Below are positions 1-9,400 of a stretch of DNA of 20,000 nucleotides, in pieces (within the stretch, counting starts at the first letter, position 1; every line of letters starts with the position of its first letter). The translations under genes were made by a program, and so were the position numbers. The notes below the pieces were generated by a model. It did not search any database. It was not told the DNA's origin and worked only from the letters and a program-made list of their open reading frames with translations. The DNA is from Folioceros fuciformis (lineage: Eukaryota). The DNA is taken from NCBI GenBank assembly GCA_049999805.1, contig JBNGIO010006379.1:1049380-1069379 (forward strand), written 5' to 3'.

Positions 1-1290
1 AGACAAGAAGACCACAGTAACCCCCACCATTGCGACTGAAGTAGAGCTTTGCCCGAGGTTGCATCCAACCCAAAAAGGGCACTTTGTTCAGTGATCCTGA
101 GGTTGGTGCCGGGAAGAATTCTTTGCAACCACCTGCGCATCTCACTCCATATCTCCTGGGCAAAGCTGTTGTAGAAGAACAAGTGCTGACTTTTGTTTGG
201 GGCACCATAGGTGCATAGTCGACACTGGTCTTCTCCCGTTGCAACCAACAACCCATCTCATCTATCCGCATTAGGCAAACAAGCTTGAAAAAGGCACCAA
301 ACTGTCATCCTAACCTTGGGAGGAATTCCATTTGACTTCCAAAGTAGCTTGATAGCTTCCCTTTGTCGCCGCACAGATAGCTGTTTGTCGCCGCACAGAT
401 AGCTGTAGTCGGGAGCCATTGGTTGCCGTTGTCTGATTTCTGCACTCACACCAGCCAGAGGAATATGTCGGCTGTTGGGAAGTTGAAGAACGACCGAAGG
501 CCGTCCGCCTTACACCCTGGACGCTTGGGCCATTTGTAGAGATCTGGCCTTAATGCCAACACCCAATTCTCCGCAAGCCGGAACCAACATCGGACAGCTG
601 GTTTGTCCGAGGTTGGTTGTCCACTAGGGCCTTCGAGTTGAGTGAACCACTACCCTGCACGAGCAAACTTAGAGAGGGCCGTGCTGGCTCGGAGTTCCCC
701 TCTTCGGACATCCCATCGTTCCTGCCCTGACTTTCCAAAAGCCCCTCCGGCGACATGACCTTGAATGTCCGCAAGTCCTCTTTGTTAGCCGTACCTGAAA
801 GCCAGACAGCCCTATCCAATTCTAGGTCGTCCTCCTCAAAATCATCTAGATACCGCTTAGGAGCCTTAATTAGCGCATCTTGGCTCCACCGGTGGCTTTA
901 TAAGAGGTTGAGTTTATCTACACCACATTTTTTTAATTTTTTTTGTGGACAGCATCTTGCATGTCTTTGGCTTTGCCAAGCATTTTCTTTTGTTTGGTGA
1001 ATAGAAGAGGAATAAGAAGAAAGAAGTAAAGTGCTAGTTTGGGTTGTAGGATGATGCTTAATCCGAGAGTTAGTAATATGCTTGTGTGGATTTGGACTAA
1101 TCCATTTGGAGACTAGGTCAGTAGTGTCTTCCGAGTTTGACATCCTCCACCGTCCGGTGGGCACTTGGTCCCACGCGAGGTGGTGCTGGGTCTCCTTCTT
1201 TCGTGAAAGCAATAAATAACATCTTTAGTTTTTTAATTAATGATATTCTGACTTGGAGGGTGCGAAGCTCATGTATAAAGGGGAGGAAGG
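1..1290 (-). mobile_element. Degenerate L1-clade LINE retrotransposon ORF2 C-terminal relic (zf-RVT region)
   Basis: Minus strand ~360->100 reads LWKSNGIPPKVRMTVWCLFQACLPNADR*DGLLVATGEDQCRLCTYGAPNKSQHLFFYNSFAQEIW. This matches the plant L1 zf-RVT pattern W..KIPPKV..F.W......LPT.D.L...C..C....E...HLF..C.FA..IW. It has an in-frame TGA at 258-260 and a frameshifting 22-bp duplication at 362-405. Weaker upstream ORF2-like pieces (HHLAWDQV, LVSKWI at ~1100-1185; SSPLYMS at ~1270-1290) suggest the relic extends to ~1300. The boundary is uncertain. Confidence 0.75.
362..405. repeat. Perfect 2x22-bp tandem duplication (tttgtcgccgcacagatagctg)
   Basis: Read directly: 362-383 equals 384-405. Confidence 0.95.
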
Positions 1291-1837
1291 GAGAGGTAGA
1301 GAGAGAGGGGGGTGGTGAGGGCGCACAGGACTGATAGATGGTGGAAGATGGTCATGGCTACACGGTGCTGTGATGGAGCCTGCCACCACCAACCACCTGG
1401 ACTAATTCATAATATATTCATTCACCCATCTTTCAACAACCTTGGCCTGCATGCCTGCCTTCCCTCCCTCCTTCCTTCCTTCCGTCCGTCCTCCCCTTCC
1501 TGGCTTCTTCCTCCTGGATTAGCCTGGTGGCCTACTGTACTTGGCCCTCTCTCTGACTGCCATCCGGTGGGTGGTCTCCGGAACGCCGGCTTCTCCTTTT
1601 CTCTGCCCACTCTTCCTGAGGATCTCTCCCTGCGAGGGGCTGTAGCAGGAGGAGCAATCGAGAAGGCGGGCGATTGCTGGCCTCCCCCCCCGGGTGTACG
1701 CCGCTCGCTTCGGAATTTCAGCGTGTTGAACGTCTCGTCCTTGTAATTGAAGCCCTCGAGCTGCGTGGGGTTGGCGCGCGGAGGCAGGGGAGTAGGGTGG
1801 CGTGGCGCGGCAAGGCAAGGCGCGGCGTGTGTGTGGC

Positions 1838-1903
1838 ATGTGTGTGGCGTGGAGAGGAGAGGAGAGGGCGTGCTTGGGTGGTGCCGGTTTGGAGAGCAGA
1901 TGA
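1838..1903 (+). promoter_or_regulatory. Candidate 21-codon uORF whose TGA overlaps the main ATG (ATGA)
   Basis: ATG at 1838 reads MCVAWRGEERACLGGAGLESR and stops at TGA 1901-1903. The RING gene ATG is at 1900-1902. The transcription start site is unknown. Confidence 0.4.
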
Positions 1904-4187
1904 CATCGGCGGCTCAGTTTGTGGAAGGCGGAGTCCAGGATCCCTGTGAAGATGCATGCAGCATCTGCCTGGAGAGCTTCTGCGAGGATGATCCCGCCAC
2001 GGTGCGGTTCTCGCTCTTGGTGTCTCTTGTCTTGTTTTGTTCTGCTCTATGTACTTTTGTGGGCGGCTGGATGGTGGGCGATGTGGGGGGGTGCGCGGGG
2101 ACTGGCCCGGCGGGAGGGGAATTGTGGGTTCGCACGGAATTCTCGGGAAATGTTTCTGCCTCGAGGGTTGATTGTCGTGCCGTGCATGTGGAGTTTATGT
2201 GTGGCGGAAACGCATAGATGTTTCGCGTGTCGCTTGATTTTCTGCAATTTTGAGGTTTCGAGAATGCAGCAATTCCTTGGCCTCCTTTGGTCTGCATGTC
2301 ATGCTTTGCATGCTGGATGCTGAGCTGGTGTGTGTTGTTGTAACGGCAGGTCACCAATTGTAAGCATGAGTACCATCTGCAATGCATCCTGGAGTGGTAA
2401 AGATGCTCTTGCCCGGACTTTGTAGATTGGGGTCGAATATTTTCGACCGTCGTTGTTGTAGCTTTCCGCTTTGAACTCCTTGTCATAGCTTGCTTGAGTT
2501 GTTGCGAACGTTATCTGGTGCATGTGCTCTCCCGTGCAGGTCTCAGAGGAGCAAAGAGTGCCCTATGTGCTGGCAGCCTCTGACTTTGAAGGATCCGGAC
2601 AGGTATGTTTCACTGCATTGGAGCAGGTCACAAGTTGTTGAATTTTGATGTTTCCCATCTATCTCTTGTTGTGCACTAATCTGGTGTTTGGATGACTCAT
2701 GCCAGTCAGGATCTACTGGCTGCGGTGGAGCAAGAAAGGGCCCTTCGTAGAAAGCGGTCTCAACAATCTGTTGTTTACCAGCGGCCTCAATTGGAGGAAT
2801 ACGAGTTTCATCGAGTACGGATACCTTTCTGAATCCAATATTCGTCTTGAATGTTGTGGATTACTTCCTGGTGTTAATCGACGTTGGGTGCACCCAGGGA
2901 TGTCTTGCTAACCATTTTGCATTGCGCTTGACAGTTCTCATCGTACGGTGGTGATGATTCCGATTTCGAAGAACGGATCATGCAGCATTTGGCTGTAGCT
3001 GCAATGGGTAATGCAATGGGGAGAGCCCATCAGATGGCTAGATGGGACGTTCCACGATTTCGGCCATCAAGTGGTCAGGGCCATCAACATTTCCTCATTG
3101 TTCCTCATTCACCATCCGCACAGACTTCCAGCTCTAGTGTGTCTGGGAATGCTGCAAATACTTCTACTCAAGCACGTGGTACCCTCATTATTGGTCAAAG
3201 TGAGCCCCCAGTTCATTCCTTGTCAGTTGGTGGCCAGACAAGCAGTCCAGTCGCCCGCCCAACTGTACCTGTAACCAATGACAGAGTGGTGGAGAACAAC
3301 GACCCTTACACACCCAGGTAGGCGATTGATCCTCGAAGACGCGGATGTTAGAGGATGGTAGGTGGTCATGTGGTTCAATGACTTTCCTGTTGCTCGGAGG
3401 CTTCTTGTTCCCCTGCATTTCTAAACACGAGTGCTTTTCCCAGGTCAAGGCCTGTCGCGGGATCAGGTGAAGGTCAGCATGGAGCATCGGAATCGCCTTC
3501 ACTCTCTGAGACAATCAAGTCACGACTTGCAGCTGCCTCCTCGAGGTTGGTCTTGGGACTGCCTGTAGAGACTGCTTGTAGTGTCTTGAAAGCAATGTCA
3601 TCTTAAAAATATCCAACGCTCTCATCTGCTGTTCAGGTATAGGGAATCGTTCACGAAGACCACCCGGGGGTTTAGGGAAAGGCTGCGATCCCGCAATGGT
3701 GCTATGGCAGATCTGGGTGCTCGAGCTCGTGAAGTCAGTGCTGGTGTCGCACGTGTGTTGGAGCGTATAACACTTGAACCTACTGATAAGCAAAGGGAAG
3801 GGGGCGAGGTTGCTGTGCACCCTGATGGAGGTGTGGAGCCTCCTGTGGGGATTAGTGCACAGCAGATAACGCCCCCACATGAATCACTCGGGCATGGTTG
3901 TGCAGCAAGTTCTACTAACTCTATTGGAGTGACTGTATTGGCTGGTAGTGTTGCTGCAAGTTCAAGCAGGGTGGCCCCACAGCCTCTGCACGACGAAGGA
4001 AATAGCAGTTTGCCCGGTGCGAGGCTCAAGGTAATTGCTTGTGGTGAGCTTGTGTTGTGTATTCCGAGCACTTGGGCCGAAACTGTAGGATGCCCTGGCC
4101 TCACGGGATGTTGTTTGATTGCAGACGCTTGATGGCAACAGTAGCACTGCACAGGAGGATACTCCTGTGGTGCCGTCGGTTGTATAG
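1900..4187 (+). CDS. RHF2A: RING-H2 E3 ubiquitin ligase, RHF2A/RHF1A family (~420 aa, 8 exons)
   Basis: Exons 1900-2001, 2350-2396, 2540-2602, 2706-2814, 2935-3317, 3444-3545, 3637-4030, 4125-4187, all GT-AG and frame-consistent (1263 nt). Spliced protein begins MTSAAQFVEGGVQDPCEDACSICLESFCEDDPATVTNCKHEYHLQCILEWSQRSKECPMCWQPLTLKDPDSQDLLAAVEQER (C3H2C3 RING-H2). It also has the family blocks FEERIMQHLAVAAMG and SLSETIKSRLAAASSRYRESFTK...MADLGARAREVSAGVARVLER. The last exon is least certain; read-through of intron 7 would stop at 4132. Confidence 0.92.
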
Positions 4188-4899
4188 AATGATCACCTAT
4201 CTACCCTTGATGGATGATTGGCTGTGGGAGTTTTCTCGGATGCAGCAGCTGCTAAGGTCTACCAAGTCACAGCCATGATGTCAAGAATACTACTTTTCAC
4301 GAATCGTTTTTGGCTGACCTGAAGATCCGATTCTGTACATTTTCTAGCTAAGTCCTCGTCCTACCTCCATATAGACATATCATCTCAGTGTGTATATTTG
4401 TTTGGCAGAGCGTGGTTGTTCTCGGAGCAGTCAGCACTTGCCTTAAAAGAGTTTACGCGGAGCAAAATCCTTCGTTGTGCGTCTTAGTGGGATCAGGCTA
4501 TGTAACTCCGGCTGGCTCCGAGTGTGGTAGGGGTTCTTCGTTGCTCATAGTTCTGATTTCCCTGATGCTCTACAAATTTTGTATCTGAACGACTTTCAAA
4601 CACTGCTCCCTAAATTTGAGCTATGCGTTTAGACCGGGCTGCCTACGTCCAACTTCGCCTGTCTGAATGTACAGACAGCTGCACAGGTCGGGGAAGTTTC
4701 CTTTCCTAGACGTTTCGTTTCTCCACGAATTTCGTCACTTGTAAACACATTGGCTGGTTAGTGGAACAGGAATCTTCGTGTGAGACATTATTCTTCAGAG
4801 TGAAGTACATGGTTCTGTTGCCCGTTCATGCCCAAATCCCCATATGCGTGAAGGGAAGAAGGTACATCGGTGGTGACCTTACAAAGTAAATTGCAGACC

Positions 4900-5230
4900 A
4901 TCACTTTAACATATGAGTAGCCCTATGCGAGATTGTACACCTCAATACTGGTCCAGTATCCATGGATTTTTGTGTGTCAATGGTGCTCACCATTTCTTCT
5001 TTAGGTTTTGGTGCAAGAGAGGGAATGTTGTTGCATCTATGAGATCAATACAACCTTTAAAACCTAGAGCATCAAATGTTACTTGGCATTTCTTCTTTAG
5101 GTTTTGGTGCAAGAGAGGGAATGTTGTTGCATCTATGAGATCAATGCAACCTTTAAAACCTAGAGCATCAAATGCTACTTGGCGTGGTGTGACCTTGTTG
5201 TCTAAACTCTTCATAATTGAGTAAATTTTA
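4900..5230 (-). mobile_element. Probable relic of a Harbinger-superfamily DDE transposase (first catalytic-Asp motif, duplicated)
   Basis: Minus strand FDALGFKGCIDLIDATTFPLL resembles the Harbinger motif GFPGC.G.IDGT.IPL. It is followed, across frameshifts, by KP..NGE..*HTKIHGY, resembling KP..GE.Y..RK..Y. AT-rich and stop-ridden. Confidence 0.5.
4991..5182. repeat. 2x96-bp tandem duplication (2 mismatches)
   Basis: 4991-5086 vs 5087-5182, both starting catttcttctttaggttttggtgc. Confidence 0.95.
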
Positions 5231-5927
5231 AAATTAAATATATTTATACTTGCTCAAACGAAACCTAAACTAGTCAACATGGCCTTCAAGGACAAAAAAG
5301 TCTTAAGAGAAACCCCTTTCTTTCTATATGTTGTTCATTCTAAGTATGTGACCCCTTACTTTGTTCATTCTAGTTATGAGACAAAAGAACCTAGGGCACA
5401 TGTCATGCTGGAAAAAATGAGGTATATTAAGAACATTTGAAAGATTGCATCTTAGCTACCAAATGTCTTTCTTGTTTGGGGCAAGAGTAGAATTACAGCA
5501 AACTTAAAGGGCAATGAATCATCAGCAAATGAATCTATATGGCAGGAAAAATCATCAACTTTACTTAACATGAGGTTAAGTGAAATCCTACAACTTGGAT
5601 ATCTAGGACTTCAATGAGCATCAAGTCCTCTACTCTTTTGAAGCTTAAATCACGTACTTGGGCCACTACCTCCAAAAGTTCTTAGCAGTGGTTGAAATAT
5701 ATTAAAGATATTAATAGCAGGTATTTTTTAAATCCGAGAAATTATGCTTTTTAAGAATGTGTGATTTGAGTGAAAAACATTGAGAGTAGGATTGCAATCT
5801 AGTGTGTTTGCCAAGTACATGTATAATAGCCTGTGCGTGCAACCATGAAATAAATATAAGGTCCTAACATAGTTTGTGACATGACCAGATTTTTGGTAGT
5901 AACATGTTCTTTGCATTACGCCTATAT

Positions 5928-6005
5928 GTTTAAATGTGTCCATACCATACAAAGAGACATAAGACCGTTCAAATGTGTCCATACCATACGAAGAGACATA
6001 AGACC
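5928..6005. repeat. 2x39-bp tandem duplication (2 mismatches)
   Basis: gttYaaatgtgtccataccatacRaagagacataagacc at 5928-5966 and 5967-6005. Confidence 0.93.
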
Positions 6006-6414
6006 GCGAACGTTTCACCAAAGAACACATTAAACTGCGAACTCTCGCATGGTTGATAATTAGAAAATAAAATAATGAACAAAACAATGGATACTGGTAG
6101 TCTACTTGGAGCCTCTTCATATCTGTCAGGACACGACCATCCCGAGGTATTCTGTACAAAAGCTTCGCCCCCTGCCCCCTGAATGGGGGGTACATGCGGG
6201 TGCAAACTAGTTTCTGCAAGACCAAAGAATGTTCTCTTCAATGGCCCCAACAGCACGATGAGCAGTGTTTTGCCTCTGAAGATGCTTTTACCAGTAACCA
6301 GGACAAATTTTGTTGTAAGTAACAAGAATTATTGGACTACAGAGTGTACTTCAATGACTTTGAAATCCGCGTAAGTACCTTCGTTAGGCTCTGAGAGGGC
6401 GAAGCAGCCAAACT

Positions 6415-9400
6415 TCAGTCTTGAGGTATTTGAAGAGCGTCGAGGCCTGAGGCAATGAATATGAAGTTAAGCAGGAAAGGTGACATCCAGCTTAAGAACA
6501 GAATCGACAGCAAATGGAGACCAGCCGCACCTTGCCGCACAGTGGGAACGGCTGCATTGGGAATGTGGAGGCCGACAATTCGCTGCTTGTTCGTGCTAGT
6601 CTCAACGCGAACGACACGTAGTCTCTGATGAATAGCTTTAGCCTGCAAGGAAGAAATTAATTTAGGAGACAAACCGAAGTCACCAGGCCCATAAATCAAG
6701 GAAGGGGGGCTCATCACACCTGAGTTGCAAGCGCCTTCTCGACGGTTCCCCACACAGGAAGAATTAGCCCACCGATTATGTGCATGATCTGGATCCTCTT
6801 TCCGACGGTGCAGGCAACACCAACTTTGCACTTGGGACCATGCATGCACTGTAGGTAGACACGCGTCAGCAACCCCTAGCACAACCACACCCCATCCAAC
6901 GTAAGCTCAATCAGCATGTTACAGACCTGGTTTGCAGTGATTTCGTAGTCCCCCATCCAGCCAGCTTCGGCTGACTCAACGGATGTAATCTTCCTGTACT
7001 TCGAGTTGAACTCGGCCAACGGCATTTCTCTGCACAGCTGGCTAGCATAAGCTCCACACACTTTCTTGACAGACATCCCACCTATCGATGGCGACTGGGT
7101 GCACTGATTCTGGCAGTCCAGGTAAAGCACGATGCAGACAAATAGGGGCTAAAGAAGAGAATGCTGACACAACCTGGGAGCTTCACCACTCTGTGGACGA
7201 AAGATTCGCACGCCTGCTCTTGATCCAGGCCTTTCAAATACAAACCGCCAGCAAGTCATCAGCAAGTGTTTTGAGATGAGGTTGAACGAAAAGAAAGCCA
7301 AGAATCATACCAACTAACCTTTCAATAGCCAGCAGGTGATGATATCTGCCAAGGCACTGACGAATGGACTGGTAGAAGCCATTGACTAGACTGTGTCCTT
7401 CCCCAAGATTGTCATTCAATGTTTGGCTCGCAATCTGGATATCTCAATCAGCTTGGACCACCGACCGCATATGCAAGCCGTGAATGAAACGACACAAGGA
7501 AATCGGCGGAAACGAACCTTCCATGTGAGACCTCGGTCAATCTCGAGCACAAATAAAGTTGTCGGGGCTCCCGACAATGGATCCACGTAAAAGGTCTGGG
7601 TTATACCATCTTTAGTCACCAACAGGAACGGAATGTAGAGAGCAAAAGCAGAACTGAAGGAAGAGACCGTACCCGTGGCTGTTCATGCAGTGCCACGCGA
7701 TTAGCTTGGATGTCGACAATTCCAGAATCAAACTGTCCAACTTTCCGCGCATTGTGCACCAAGTAATCAAAGATGGTAACGAAGAACTCAAAAAGCCTGC
7801 AGTACAGGGCAATGATAAGGGCATATGGTAGTCATTTGCACGCCTGGTCCAATTATTACACCCACCGATTCTGGCGCTCTGGAGGTAGACCAAGAGCACG
7901 ATTGAGAAAGCGCCCAACGTCGTGCATATCAGTCTCCAGAATTCGTCCGAAATGTTTATTACTCTTTCCCCCCGGTGGATAGACTGCACAGATGAAATAA
8001 GGCTCGAAAGCCCGAAGTCAACCGCCCAGCAGAAACAAACCTTCTGGACCCCATACAATCAACTGTAACATGACTTAAGAAATGAACGAACCAGCATCTC
8101 TTATAATCCCGACGGTCAAAAGAGCTTCTCTCATATCCTGATAGAATTTCCTTGCATCCTCTGTGTCTGGACCCGTACACTCAGGTGGTGTAGTGGGACA
8201 TACCGTCTGTACACGCAGCAGGCAGAGGCAGTGCTTAAGTGAAACACAAATCACAAACCCACAGTACATTTCAATTCATAAGCAGGAGAGGGAAGACGTA
8301 AGGACCTGCTCCATTATTGCCTTGTACATCACTGTCAAGGCTTTCTTTCCATATGGACTGTCATAGTTGAATGCACTCAAAGACGGACCAGCAGATCTGT
8401 AGACAGGAGTGCGCATCAGAAACAGAATGCTATCAGACAAAGCAGCTCCAGAAAGACAAAAGTAGAAAGACCTTCTGTCACCCTGTGTTAGTGCTCCCAA
8501 TGTTTCCAGGCGTTTAGCCACTATTGACGCAAATCTTTTTTCTCCTCCAAGAGTTGTAAAAAGCAATCTGCCAGCAAACGGGAAAACAATTTTGTTCTAC
8601 AGACATGAATGCTGACATTCTAACATTCACTGAGATGGTCTATACTATCCTAGATCTCCAATGATGCTAAAACTCCAGGAGAAGAGCCGCACAAGTACCT
8701 GTACTGAGGAGCCGAGGTTTGATTTGAACGATGCGTTCTGCCAAATTGCTGAATGGCACGATCAGCGCTCCACGGAAGCTCAAGTGTAATATGCACTCGT
8801 CTCCTCTACATAGCAGCCAAGCCTCGACCCTTAGCATCAAGTCTAGATGTCACAATGCTGTACGTCCATTCAGATAATAACAATAATGATAAGCACTTGT
8901 AGCTTCTAACACGAATGATAGCATGATGCAAGGTAGCTTCTAACATATGCTGTGTCAAGAAAGCAGACCTGATTGCGAGCGCGTCTATCGGCCTGCAGTG
9001 ATACACCAGCAGATGCTGCCTCAGAAATCACTGCAACTAGTTTCTTTTCATCCATAAACTGCTGTTTCTCATTTATGTTTATCATCTCCATCGACACTTC
9101 CTTCCTGTTACCCATTGTCTTCACTCAGAGGTCGTATCCTTCACAAAAGTAGTTAAGCAACGGGAAAGAAAGGGTAAGAGGTAAAAGAGAGTACGTATTC
9201 CGAACTTGGTAGACGACACCCTTCCCTTTTGTTGCCCTGACAAGCATCCCACGCCTGCCAGACATCTCAGCAACCGCATCTGGGCCACCAAGCTAAACAC
9301 TCACTTTGTTAGGGACCAGTGCACTCAAGAAAGAGAAACACAATCAACAATAGTGCATGCACGGCATCCGATGTCCCATCCACATGTAGTTTTCATGGAA

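Noticed and set aside
3622..4152. 176-aa antisense ORF over the RING gene's last exons (also 1914-2486)
   Set aside because: Shadow ORFs of GC-rich coding or intron sequence with no motifs.
6165..6211. Possible Helitron 3' end (ccccc-tgaat-ggggg hairpin, then CTAG|T at 6207-6211)
   Set aside because: The stem is short and homopolymeric, no 5' TC end could be matched, and the region is plausibly FGT1 3' UTR.
5728..6325. 165-aa and 118-aa minus-strand ORFs downstream of FGT1
   Set aside because: Non-ATG starts, no recognisable domain, and partly built from the 39-bp duplication.
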